In this document: piece by piece, positions 30,034 through 39,531 of the stretch
Layout of the letters: every line of letters starts with the position of its first letter
How positions within the stretch are numbered: position 1 is the first letter of the stretch
Origin: a virus
Lineage: Duplodnaviria; Caudoviricetes
Length of the DNA stretch: 64,000 bases
Reading direction: 5' to 3' (one strand)
IMG/VR virus record: IMGVR_UViG_2706796476_000001
Location: 64,001-128,000 of that record
Notes under the pieces: generated by a model
Told to the model about the DNA's origin: nothing
The model's input: the letters and a program-made list of their open reading frames with translations, nothing else
Databases searched by the model: none
Program-made: the position numbers and the translations under genes

Positions 30034-30057
30034 AAAAGAGACTCGAAAGTCTCTTTT
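30034..30057 (-). terminator. terminator after the tail tube gene
   Basis: AAAGAGACT-CGAA-AGTCTCTTT hairpin (plus-strand reading) with a long T run on the minus strand. Confidence 0.75.
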
Positions 30058-30481
30058 AGCTTCGCACGTTTGCAGAAGTCAAGAAGTAGAATCTAGCAGA
30101 CTCACTCGTGATTTCTCCTACGCTTGTAGTTTCGTTGTATGTATCAATAGAGCATCCACGATATGCGATGATAACTTCTTGTGTATAGTTATCGTAAAGT
30201 ACGATGTCCATGATGTCCATTTGAAGTACTTCTTCTCCAAGAGCAGCTAAACCTAGTTTAGCTAAGTTTTCTTTCTTCATTCGGAAACGCTCTACTGTTA
30301 CAGAGCCCTCATAACGAAGATATACGTGCTCTTGCGGCATGATAGAACCGATTTGGTATACCCCAGTAGTTCCGAAAGAACGTTCAGCTGAGATAGATTG
30401 TGCCCGTGCGATCGGTACGTTTTTAATCATGAAGTATACCGTATTACCAGTATGTACGGATTGGTTAGTAACACTTGCCAC
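30056..30481 (-). CDS. tail tube protein
   Basis: MASVTNQSVHTGNTV...GVYQIGSIMPQEHV; follows the sheath gene. Confidence 0.9.
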   Translation of the reverse strand: MASVTNQSVHTGNTVYFMIKNVPIARAQSISAERSFGTTGVYQIGSIMPQEHVYLRYEGSVTVERFRMKKENLAKLGLAALGEEVLQMDIMDIVLYDNYTQEVIIAYRGCSIDTYNETTSVGEITSESARFYFLTSANVRS

Positions 30482-30533
30482 AGGTTTTCACTCCTATTCT
30501 ATAAGTTTAGGGGAGACTCGCTCCCCAGTTAAA

Positions 30534-32246
30534 TTAAGCAGTAAGCTCGTTATCCTCGTAAGTCATGTAGACGTTGATAAAGTCAAGACCTTGAGAAGGT
30601 TGAACTGTTAAGTTGATACGGGCTGTATTGCCGTTGATAACGACCTGAACATCGTCCGGGTTATAGTCAACGATTAGTCCGCCAACATTCTTTTGTTGGT
30701 CAAGGAATGATTCAACTCGGTTCTTGATGATAGAAGCAGAAGTCTGTCTGATACGGGTACCGACAAATTCATTATCAAGAACTTCACGGAGCTCAGTTGT
30801 CAAGAAGTCAGAAATCTCACCAAGAGATATACGGTTTTGAACTGGCTCAGTGCTTACGTTGTAAGTAGTTGGATCACTTACAATACGGAAGTGAGAAGAT
30901 GCACGAGTTCTTACAAACTCTAGCATGATGACTCCGGAGCTGTTAAGCTGGTCAAGTTGATCTCCTGTGAACTTGCGGTCAAGAGATTCAATATTCAATC
31001 GTTTGTATGTAAGTGGCTCTCCTACTTCAAGTCCACTAGCGATACCAGCGATCATAGCAGCCGTCATGTAGCCCGGAATGTTGTAGATACGACCGTCGGA
31101 CATTCTACGTGATCCTGAAGCTCCTACAAGCCCGATACGAGCGTTACGAAGGTTCATCTGACGACCTCTTAGTGACTCAAGAGATTCGTTAATTCCTGCC
31201 CCTACAAAGCCTCTGAAGTGAGCTCCGTTGTTGGACTCGTCACGTAGGAACTGAGAAAGCTCTCCGTGGATTGCTGCGTCTGAAGTCAATGGAACGATGT
31301 AGTAAGCACCCATGTCAGCTACTTTAGCAAATAGGCTAGCCCAAGATGCAGGAGCTGGTTCTGTCTTAGCACCTGAAAGGTTCTTAAGTGCGATAGTGTC
31401 AGGAACTGCTTGTAGACGGTTAACTTCTACTTCTACATATGTATCGTTCTCGATTTGGTTTTGAAGATCAGCACCAATGGCTTTAACTACTGCATCTTTA
31501 CCTTTGATGTCTGTTTCAGTAAGCGCATCTAGGTAGTCAGTGTAGATGTTTTTGTTTCCACCTAGAGAGTTCATGCTAGCTTTAAAGTCAGGAAGGTTGT
31601 TAATATCGTTTACAAGTACGTGAACGTCTTGGTAAACACCTTGTCCTAACTCATAAGTACGAACGGCAGTCAACGACTCAGCATCGTCTCCTACGCTAAG
31701 AATTAAGCGAGTAGCCATTTTAGAAGATGAGTCTACTTCTACCTTTACAGTTGCAGCAGCTTCTTCTCCTGTGTACTGAACGCTGAAGATGTTACCGATG
31801 TTGTCGTATACTTTCTCATAGCGCTCTTTTGTGAAGTAAATGCTTAAGCGTTTAGCATTCGTAAGCGTGTTATCTGCAAGCTCTAATTGAATAGAGTTCG
31901 CATCTACACCGTATAACTTAGACTTAAATGTAAGTCCACCTTGAGCTAAAGTAGCTTGTGTTGCTTCATCTGTACGAATAGCAACGATCTTACCTGCTCC
32001 TGCTACGTTTGGAGATGGATTCCAAGCTAACTCGATAGCGTCTAGTAACTCTCCGCCACGGAAGATGTCACGAGCTTGAGCGTAGTTTGTGATTGTTACC
32101 GGCGTGTGAGGTTTTCCACCATTAGCGGAACCTACTAAGATAAGTGATTTTTCAGATGTCGGGTTAGCAGCACCTAATGAACTTGAATCTAGGAAAATCT
32201 CAGTTCTTGGGCGGACTCTGCTGTGACCATATGATTGTTCTGCCAT
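30534..32246 (-). CDS. tail sheath protein
   Basis: 570 aa; IFRGGELLDAIELAW...RIVSDPTTYN; contractile-tail synteny. Confidence 0.9.
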   Translation of the reverse strand: MAEQSYGHSRVRPRTEIFLDSSSLGAANPTSEKSLILVGSANGGKPHTPVTITNYAQARDIFRGGELLDAIELAWNPSPNVAGAGKIVAIRTDEATQATLAQGGLTFKSKLYGVDANSIQLELADNTLTNAKRLSIYFTKERYEKVYDNIGNIFSVQYTGEEAAATVKVEVDSSSKMATRLILSVGDDAESLTAVRTYELGQGVYQDVHVLVNDINNLPDFKASMNSLGGNKNIYTDYLDALTETDIKGKDAVVKAIGADLQNQIENDTYVEVEVNRLQAVPDTIALKNLSGAKTEPAPASWASLFAKVADMGAYYIVPLTSDAAIHGELSQFLRDESNNGAHFRGFVGAGINESLESLRGRQMNLRNARIGLVGASGSRRMSDGRIYNIPGYMTAAMIAGIASGLEVGEPLTYKRLNIESLDRKFTGDQLDQLNSSGVIMLEFVRTRASSHFRIVSDPTTYNVSTEPVQNRISLGEISDFLTTELREVLDNEFVGTRIRQTSASIIKNRVESFLDQQKNVGGLIVDYNPDDVQVVINGNTARINLTVQPSQGLDFINVYMTYEDNELTA

Positions 32247-32273
32247 TATCTATATCTTCCTTTCTATCCTTTA

Positions 32274-32513
32274 TTAGTCTTCAATTTTGAAGTGTTCCTT
32301 TAATTCGTCCAAGAATACTTTCTCGTCGTGCTGGTAATGCCGACCCCTCATCTTAGCTTTAAACCCTGCTACCTCTACTGAGGAAAGGTCAAAGAGCTGT
32401 TGTGCGGTCTGTAAGAAAGTATCAATGTGGATATATGATCGAGGCTTTGGGTATATAGCCTTTTTCACTTCTTTAACTTCTTTCGTCTGTTTGGCATTTT
32501 TCTTTTCAGCCAT
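32274..32513 (-). CDS. hypothetical protein upstream of the sheath gene
   Basis: GAGGAGG RBS before ATG 32513; YIHIDTFL...AGFKA. Confidence 0.65.
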   Translation of the reverse strand: MAEKKNAKQTKEVKEVKKAIYPKPRSYIHIDTFLQTAQQLFDLSSVEVAGFKAKMRGRHYQHDEKVFLDELKEHFKIED

Positions 32514-33369
32514 TTTCGTGCTCCTCCTCTTCGTTATTGACATGGACTTTAACTTGAATATGTTCAAGTATTGCATCAGTAAGCGGAGCGTCTAAACTAT
32601 AAGAAGACGTGTAGGATACAATCGTCTCTCTACCGTATAAAAGTTCCGGCTTAGCATCTGTCTCTATCGGTATCTCCTCAGTTTGACCAAACTGTAGCTT
32701 TTGAAGCTGGAAGTTGTTACTCTCTTCTTTGTTGCTTCTCATGAGGATCATGATAGCTTTTATGATCAAGTCAAGGCACCTTACCGTGTCCATGTTTGTG
32801 GATATCGCAAGAATAGAGTACTGTTCTGTAGCGGTGAACCCTTGTTTGAAACCAACTTCTTCGTCTCTCTTAGCTTCGTAGTTGACAGTTACAGGCATAT
32901 TAACTAAGCTTTCATCATAAGCGAAGTAGATTCGTCTACCTTGCTTTGTCATGTTATCCGTAGTAGAGAAAATAATCTCTTGGACATTGACAAGCTCTCC
33001 TATAACTTGCTCCACCTCTATGTACAACCTTGTTTTGTCATCCGTCTCTTTAATTATAGCAGATTCAGTAATTAACCCGCCTTCACTAAACTGATAGGTG
33101 CCTTCAAGGTTACCCATACTTGTGAAAGACTCAGCGCCTTCTCGGAGTCCAATGTAGATAGCTCCACGCTGCGTGTGCTTGTCTTGAGGCATAGCGTATA
33201 CTATAGGTATCTCGTTGACTGTATCACCCGTATAAGCGTTTATAAAGTTGTTTGCAATATTGGGCTGTACGCCTTTTAATATTTCCTCTATAATATAACG
33301 GTTCTCGAGAATAATTTTTAGTTTCTCCTCGATTTGGTCATGTAAATAAGTGTCAACACTTACTATCAC
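32506..33369 (-). CDS. neck/tail terminator-type virion protein
   Basis: Synteny between head-completion genes and the sheath. Confidence 0.6.
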   Translation of the reverse strand: MIVSVDTYLHDQIEEKLKIILENRYIIEEILKGVQPNIANNFINAYTGDTVNEIPIVYAMPQDKHTQRGAIYIGLREGAESFTSMGNLEGTYQFSEGGLITESAIIKETDDKTRLYIEVEQVIGELVNVQEIIFSTTDNMTKQGRRIYFAYDESLVNMPVTVNYEAKRDEEVGFKQGFTATEQYSILAISTNMDTVRCLDLIIKAIMILMRSNKEESNNFQLQKLQFGQTEEIPIETDAKPELLYGRETIVSYTSSYSLDAPLTDAILEHIQVKVHVNNEEEEHENG

Positions 33370-33381
33370 GAGTACTACCTC

Positions 33382-34020
33382 CTACTTCCAACCGTTCTTC
33401 ATTTTCCACTTCATCAGTCTGTTGACGTTGCTGACAAACGTTTTAGAAGTGTCGTCAGAGTTAACCCGGTCTCTATTAATAATCCAGCTGCTTGCTGGGG
33501 ACTTGTCTGATACAGTTCGGAATGCAACATATGTGTGCCTGTTCGTTCTTGTCTTCATTTTAGTAATGTTGTTCGACTTTGGTTGGTAGTTTAACATACT
33601 TGCTCCGGATTGCTGTCTACGATCATATAAGTAGTTAGAGACAACTGTTTTTTGCTCACTAGGGGCGATGTCAAAGGCGTTTAACTGCCTATACATCCTA
33701 CTAGTCATGTCTCGTCTCTTGCGTCTTATAGGGACTCGTAGGTACCAACCTCCGCCTTTCTTCATGTGTTTATGAGAACTACGAGAGAAGTACTGCTTGA
33801 GGTCTATTACTCCCAGCTTATCTAAACGTTTCTCAGTCACTTGCAGATACTTAGGTTTCCGAGTAATCTCTACTTTGGTCCCTCTAGTATTCTGCTGGGA
33901 CAGTGCTGCTGCCTCTGCCCCGGCATCTATGGTTTTCTGAATGAGGGCATTTCCTAAGTTTTTCATTGCCGACTTCGGTGCTTGTTGGTTTTTGAACAGC
34001 TTAGGTCTACGACTCTTCAA
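33382..34020 (-). CDS. head-tail region virion protein (basic)
   Basis: GGGWYLRVPIR...YVAFRTVSDKSPASSWI; TTG start with GGAGG RBS. Confidence 0.6.
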   Translation of the reverse strand: MKSRRPKLFKNQQAPKSAMKNLGNALIQKTIDAGAEAAALSQQNTRGTKVEITRKPKYLQVTEKRLDKLGVIDLKQYFSRSSHKHMKKGGGWYLRVPIRRKRRDMTSRMYRQLNAFDIAPSEQKTVVSNYLYDRRQQSGASMLNYQPKSNNITKMKTRTNRHTYVAFRTVSDKSPASSWIINRDRVNSDDTSKTFVSNVNRLMKWKMKNGWK

Positions 34021-34849
34021 GACGATTACCTCCGTTTCTGAAGAAGCCGTTAAGCCCGTCAGTGGAAGGTTTACGTTTCGGATCAATCATTTCCTGTACT
34101 TCTTCGTTACTTGCTCCTAGCTCGAATGCCTCTTTATCAATAAATATGTCTTCTCTTTTTAGAAGAAGTTTCTGCTGCATCCGTTCAGCTTTTACTTGTT
34201 GAGTCGGTGCGTACCGGTGCTCTTTGAGTAGGTCCGCTACCATGTATCTTAAAGTTGTCATAATGTTTATGGAGATGACTTTACCTTTTAACTTTTCGTT
34301 AGGGAAAAACAAGTTGCTCTTAAAGTCCACGGTGTAGTCTTGTCCTTCAACCAGCTCGCCATTAATTGACATAGCTAAGGTAATTTCTTTAACATCGTAC
34401 ACCATAAAAAATCCATTCTTGATCCGTCTGTCTGAGACGTCGAAAATAAAGGACTGTGACACGCTAGTATGCGGTAACGTTATCCGATCTCGGAACGATA
34501 TTGTTAACGATCTGTCTTGCGGAGTGCCGATGGCTGTCCCGGAATCCATGAGTCCTAGGTCCCCGTTAAATAAACCTTTCTCCTGAGATTGCACCATAAG
34601 GTCAATACGGATAGGAGGGAGATAACCAATTCCCCTCCCTCTACAAATTTTGCAGGACTGATTTGGCTGTCTCGTACTACGGTCTCGGCAAGGGCAAAGA
34701 TAGGATCGTTCCCAAAGGGCGGGCATACTGACATTGAGTGTTGCAGCGTCAAGCATATCTGCCCTTATGTTAGCTTGGGACATAGACCCATTAATAGCAG
34801 GTCTCTCAGTAGCTGGTGTACTTCCCAGTATCGCTGGTCTCTCTGACAT
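34007..34849 (-). CDS. head-tail connector/neck protein
   Basis: WERSYLCPC...CKICRGRG zinc motif; synteny. Confidence 0.65.
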   Translation of the reverse strand: MSERPAILGSTPATERPAINGSMSQANIRADMLDAATLNVSMPALWERSYLCPCRDRSTRQPNQSCKICRGRGIGYLPPIRIDLMVQSQEKGLFNGDLGLMDSGTAIGTPQDRSLTISFRDRITLPHTSVSQSFIFDVSDRRIKNGFFMVYDVKEITLAMSINGELVEGQDYTVDFKSNLFFPNEKLKGKVISINIMTTLRYMVADLLKEHRYAPTQQVKAERMQQKLLLKREDIFIDKEAFELGASNEEVQEMIDPKRKPSTDGLNGFFRNGGNRLEES

Positions 34850-34862
34850 GATTTACCCTCCT

Positions 34863-35735
34863 TTAGATAAGTCCTAGATTGCTTCCGTAGTATGATTTTA
34901 AGCCTACACGGAGCTTCTCGATATCTTCGTTGAGCTGAACAATATCTGCCGATGCTCCACCATACATAGCACTTTGAGTGGTGTCGATACTTTGTGAAAT
35001 TCCATCAATGTCTATCGACATATTCGCAATACCCGCACCAATGATGAGTCTTCCCCACTGCTCGAACACTTCTTTAAGAGCTAGCTTAATGATCATATTC
35101 CATAAGTCAGGGTGCATTTCATTAGGTGCTGTAACTCCTCGTCTTGACGGTGGAAGCATTCCAGCCACATATTCCACATGGAACATTTGAGGAGCGTAGT
35201 GTCTTCCGCTTGTTTGTGGCAGCCCGGATATAGCAGGGTAACCAGTAAAAGCTTGAACTAGAGATAGTCCATCATTACCTCCGGAGAGCAGCGTATTCGG
35301 CATCATTTGTAGATGTCCCGGAAGATTATATACTCTCCACCATCGAGTAGGATATCTGTATAATGTTCCTTCTCCGTATTCAAGGGTAACTTTCTCTACC
35401 TGTAGAATAGGTTTGTGGAAAGTGTGTATAAACGTGTAGCTAGTGTAATCGTTACTGTGGAAGTCGTGGTGCTCGGTCAGAACTCTAGGGAGGATTACGA
35501 TGTCTAACATTTTCTCAGCTTGTGCAACAGCAGCCTCGATTTTAGATTCGTAGAACGCATCCGGTAGATATTCACCAGTCCTTGGATCAGTAACACTAAC
35601 CCCGAAGTGGTTCAACTTTACAGCATCTGTAGTAAGCCCGTAGTCTTTCAGCGTGTATTTGTTTACATCCTCGAGGTTGATATTCTTGGGGTTATTGTGC
35701 CCATACGGTTGTCCCGTTTCTTCGTTAGTAAACAC
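34863..35735 (-). CDS. head-tail adaptor/head completion protein
   Basis: APQMFHVEYVAG...IIGAGIA...IDGISQSI; synteny after the capsid gene. Confidence 0.7.
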   Translation of the reverse strand: MFTNEETGQPYGHNNPKNINLEDVNKYTLKDYGLTTDAVKLNHFGVSVTDPRTGEYLPDAFYESKIEAAVAQAEKMLDIVILPRVLTEHHDFHSNDYTSYTFIHTFHKPILQVEKVTLEYGEGTLYRYPTRWWRVYNLPGHLQMMPNTLLSGGNDGLSLVQAFTGYPAISGLPQTSGRHYAPQMFHVEYVAGMLPPSRRGVTAPNEMHPDLWNMIIKLALKEVFEQWGRLIIGAGIANMSIDIDGISQSIDTTQSAMYGGASADIVQLNEDIEKLRVGLKSYYGSNLGLI

Positions 35736-35758
35736 GATCGTAACCCTCCTTAATTTTC

Positions 35759-36037
35759 TTACTTCTTACCAGTTTCTTTTTTAGCTGCTGGCTTTTTTTG
35801 TTTCTTTGGCTCTTCTTTCTTTTCTTCCTTAGCTGCTTCTTTCTTCTCTTCTTTTGCTTTCTCTACCTTTGTCTCTTTCTTTTCTTCCTTGGTGACGACT
35901 GTGTAGCCTGCCAAACCTTCGAAAGCCTTCTCTTGATCTGCTTTGAGATCGTGGCATTCACCTTTTTCGTTGAATGAAAGTTCTCCGAAAGAAGAAGCTA
36001 CTTTAAGTCCTGCTAAATTCTCGTTAATTAATGTCAT
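35759..36037 (-). CDS. K/E-rich hypothetical virion protein
   Basis: ORF with RBS right after the capsid terminator. Confidence 0.65.
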   Translation of the reverse strand: MTLINENLAGLKVASSFGELSFNEKGECHDLKADQEKAFEGLAGYTVVTKEEKKETKVEKAKEEKKEAAKEEKKEEPKKQKKPAAKKETGKK

Positions 36038-36062
36038 GTTTTTTCCTCTCCTTTAAATAAAA

Positions 36063-36089
36063 AGGGAGCAGATTTTCTGTCTGCTCCCT
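36063..36089 (-). terminator. terminator after the major capsid gene
   Basis: AGGGAGCAGA/TCTGCTCCCT stem followed by a T run. Confidence 0.8.
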
Positions 36090-36118
36090 ATGAATTTTTC
36101 TATTTAGTTATGTTCTGC

Positions 36119-37540
36119 TTATTGCGTGATTGAAGTTTCAGCCGCTAGTGCAGGGATATAACGAACGTTCTTGATGCGAACCCATTTCTTAGGAGCATAA
36201 AGTGCAAGAGCTCCGTACCATAACACAGTGAACGTGTTTGTAGCGTTCATTTGTGCAAGAGGCATTTTCATCATAGGTAGCAATTGAAGCAAGCTAATAA
36301 CGTTAGGGCTCATCTCACCAACGAAGACATCAGTTGTTTCAGGGATGACATCGTTTGTATCAGTGAAGACGATTTGGCTGTTCTCGTTAGCTTTAGAAGC
36401 TGGTACACGAGCAATTTGGAAGTAGTGTCCAGTTGTTGCACCCTTACGGTAGATTGTAATGAACTGAGGAGTAGCTTGGTACATAGGCTGTAAAGATACT
36501 GTAAGTTCTACTGCATCAGTGTTGTTTGTGATTGTAGCTTCTACTGCTTCAGTAGAAACAGACTCAGCGCCTTCAGCGTGTACTACAACTTTGTAAGAAA
36601 GTACATTGTCTTCGTCTTTGTTGAACTGTCCTTTAGCGTTAGTCTTAACAGCTGCTTTAACTTCACGAGCTGGAAGTGGAGCGTTTTGCTCAGGCATACG
36701 GTTTTCGATAAGAACGTTGTCGTTCTCCATGATTGTAGAACCGTGTAACGTGATTTTACCTCGGCTTGAAAGGAACTCAGTTACTGCGAAACCAGTAGAC
36801 ATTCCGCCTTCAGCAGATGGCATAAGCGCTCTTTGACGGTTAAGTAAGCTGTTTGTAAAGTCAGCTTGTACACCGATAGGCATGAACGCATCAGTAGCGA
36901 TACCGTAACCTTTACCAACGATAACAGATGCTTTGTTAAGGATTTGTTCAGTAAGTCCTTCGCCTCGAATGTCAAGAACGTTAGTCTTCTGATCAATAAG
37001 TTTGTGTAAACCGTCAAACTCTAGTCCTGCTTGGTCGTCTAACTCGTTAGATAGAGCAGCGTCTCCGTAGAATGTAGCCCACTCAATAGTCTTAGCAAGA
37101 ACTGATACAGCGTCTTGCGTTAAGAAAGTCATTGGGTCGGCAACGTTACGAACCAAACCAGCTGCAAGAGATTGTTGTTTAGTGTCAGATAAGAACTTCA
37201 TGCGAACGGTCTTTTGACGTAAGTTCGGAGAGTTGATTGGTGCTACGCCAACCTCACGTACGAAACGGCTTGCACCAGTACGTCCGTGTTGCTGGAAGAT
37301 TGGGTACTGGAATACAGTACTTGTTACTTGAGACTTGTTCAACATTGGATAGATCGTGAAATCATCGTTACCCCAAGTTAGTACATGTACCTCATCATCA
37401 AGTAGTTCGTATCGTAAAGCTGCTGCGTCATGTTGATCGTCTGAGTTAATTGAATAACCAGTCGTGAAAGTCTTTTGAAGGAACTCAACAGCTTCATTTG
37501 GTAAGTCTGCTTGTCCTTTTTGGAATTTTGAATCGCTCAT
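36119..37540 (-). CDS. major capsid protein
   Basis: AAALRYELLDD...KTIEWATFYGD...LEFDGL...WYGALALYAPKKWVRIKNV. Confidence 0.92.
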   Translation of the reverse strand: MSDSKFQKGQADLPNEAVEFLQKTFTTGYSINSDDQHDAAALRYELLDDEVHVLTWGNDDFTIYPMLNKSQVTSTVFQYPIFQQHGRTGASRFVREVGVAPINSPNLRQKTVRMKFLSDTKQQSLAAGLVRNVADPMTFLTQDAVSVLAKTIEWATFYGDAALSNELDDQAGLEFDGLHKLIDQKTNVLDIRGEGLTEQILNKASVIVGKGYGIATDAFMPIGVQADFTNSLLNRQRALMPSAEGGMSTGFAVTEFLSSRGKITLHGSTIMENDNVLIENRMPEQNAPLPAREVKAAVKTNAKGQFNKDEDNVLSYKVVVHAEGAESVSTEAVEATITNNTDAVELTVSLQPMYQATPQFITIYRKGATTGHYFQIARVPASKANENSQIVFTDTNDVIPETTDVFVGEMSPNVISLLQLLPMMKMPLAQMNATNTFTVLWYGALALYAPKKWVRIKNVRYIPALAAETSITQ

Positions 37541-37669
37541 TTATGTATCTTCCCTTCTATCCTTATGTATAATTTTCGGAATATTCAGATAAAGGAGACT
37601 AGAAAGTTAGGAGGAAGGAACTCTCTAGTCAAAACCCTTTAAGGTGTTCTGCTAATAATATAGCACTTG

Positions 37670-38617
37670 TTACTGATTTTTTTGGTCTTTTACGATTTCT
37701 TTGAAAACATCAATGTCCTGTGGTGTAGGATATCCTCGCTTAACACGAGATACTGCTTGGAAAACAGTGTTTCTATCACCTGCACTGATAGTTTTAGCAT
37801 TTTTATCGCAGTAAGCAATAACGTCTTTAATATGTTGCCTTGGGTCAAAGACCTTTTCTTTAGGCTCTTCTGCCACTTCTTCTTGAGTTTCTGCTTCAGC
37901 AGACTCTTCAGTCGAAGCTTCAGGTACACCAGCTGCTCCATCAATAACTGACTTTGTAACATACTCAGCTGCTTTGCCTTCCGGAACTTCTTCTTCGGAC
38001 TTGACAACAACCTCTTCCCCTTCAGAGAAAGAATTATTGCTATCGTTAATGACAACAGAACCTTCGGGTTTACTAACAGCTTTAAGAACTGCTTCAAGAG
38101 TCTTTTTCATACTCTCGACTTCTTTAGCTAACTCAGCATGAGAGTTGTGAACTTTACCGTAAGACTTAACTACGGATTCAAAGACTTGAACAACATCCTC
38201 AGTTACTGCGAGCTCGTATGCGCTCTTCTTAACCGCTTCTTCGTCCTCTTCTTTCTCTTTTGCTTTGTCTTTCTTTTTACCTTTATCTGCTTTCTTGTCT
38301 TTCTTTGCAGGCTCGTCTTTCTCATCCTTGTCTTCTGCTTCTTCGTCTTTCGACTTTTCAACAGTTTCAGCTTCTTCGGATTCTTCGACAACCTCTTCAG
38401 CCGCTTCTTCCTCTTTAGCCTCTTCGACAACCTCGGATTTTTCTTCTTCTTTTACTTCTTCCGCTTTCTCTTGCTCTTTTGCTTCTTCTTTCTCTTCAGC
38501 GGCTTCAACTTTTTCAACGTCTTCTTTAACTTCGGCTTCGTCACTTTTTTCGATTGGCTGTTCCACAGCTTCATCTAACTCTTCAGCGATCTGCTTAAGT
38601 GATAATTCTTTACCCAT
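37670..38617 (-). CDS. putative capsid scaffolding protein (acidic)
   Basis: E/K-rich ORF between the protease and capsid genes. Confidence 0.65.
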   Translation of the reverse strand: MGKELSLKQIAEELDEAVEQPIEKSDEAEVKEDVEKVEAAEEKEEAKEQEKAEEVKEEEKSEVVEEAKEEEAAEEVVEESEEAETVEKSKDEEAEDKDEKDEPAKKDKKADKGKKKDKAKEKEEDEEAVKKSAYELAVTEDVVQVFESVVKSYGKVHNSHAELAKEVESMKKTLEAVLKAVSKPEGSVVINDSNNSFSEGEEVVVKSEEEVPEGKAAEYVTKSVIDGAAGVPEASTEESAEAETQEEVAEEPKEKVFDPRQHIKDVIAYCDKNAKTISAGDRNTVFQAVSRVKRGYPTPQDIDVFKEIVKDQKNQ

Positions 38618-38621
38618 TTGT

Positions 38622-39413
38622 CTACTCCTCTCTTGCTCTTAAAATTTGATCAACTTTTTTAATTGCTTCTGTTCTTGACATCCCTTTTGCGAGCTGTAAG
38701 AATACTACAGCACTCTCAGGAGAAGTCCGTCCCATTGCATCTAAGTAACTGCCTACGTCTTTCCACATTGTCTCAAAGTCTTTCTTGTTTTCGAAGTACT
38801 TGTAAGACTGAGCTAAGTTGTGTATACTACGCCCGAAAGATTCTACTCGAAGAGCAGCAGCATCTACTTGTTTATCAGGGCTAATTTCATACCCTGTTAT
38901 AAAGCTTTTTGCAAAAGCTTCCCATCCAGTCTGAGGATTAGCTGGATTTGTAGTTACAGCGACATTTGTAATCATACACTCTCTGATAATTCGTTTGTCC
39001 TGCGGGTCCCGTTTTTTAACGAAACCTTCAATAGAGAATCCTAACGGACGATGAATGCCGGACTTCTTAACTTCTTGAGCGTGATTCCACATTTCTACTG
39101 CGTAAGGGTTGCCTTTATAAAGCTTCCCTTCTATAAACAGACCAACATCATCTACATAACAGTTTTCAGTAGGAACCCCAATAATGAAGTCCTTACCTCT
39201 CTCGTGCTCGTAGTTGAGATATCCCTGTTCTATGAAGTAATTAATTGATAATCCTTTAGGGTCTACAATATCGTCCTGTAAATCGAGATCAGGAGTAGTA
39301 GCGTAGCCTTTAAGGTACCATGATTTTTCTTGAGGATCGGCAGAATTTTTCTTAACCGTTTCTTCTAGGTCAATAGGAACAAAAACCTCTACCTTTTTAC
39401 TAAGAGCTTCCAA
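38622..39413 (-). CDS. prohead protease
   Basis: GYATTPDLDLQDDIV...NYEH...GFSIEG...VAVTTNPANP. Confidence 0.88.
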   Translation of the reverse strand: MEALSKKVEVFVPIDLEETVKKNSADPQEKSWYLKGYATTPDLDLQDDIVDPKGLSINYFIEQGYLNYEHERGKDFIIGVPTENCYVDDVGLFIEGKLYKGNPYAVEMWNHAQEVKKSGIHRPLGFSIEGFVKKRDPQDKRIIRECMITNVAVTTNPANPQTGWEAFAKSFITGYEISPDKQVDAAALRVESFGRSIHNLAQSYKYFENKKDFETMWKDVGSYLDAMGRTSPESAVVFLQLAKGMSRTEAIKKVDQILRAREE

Positions 39414-39531
39414 GGGCTTTCCTCCCTTCTATCATAACATAGTTTGATGTTTTACCCTTCGTTACATAAATGTTACTGTCCATAATATAGCAGATACACT
39501 ACTTAGTTACGGAAAAGGGCATGACCGGGAA

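Noticed and set aside
37667-38642. Overlapping ORFs in the scaffold gene, including an F-rich 146-aa ORF
   Set aside because: Artefacts of the low-complexity E/K codon repeats.
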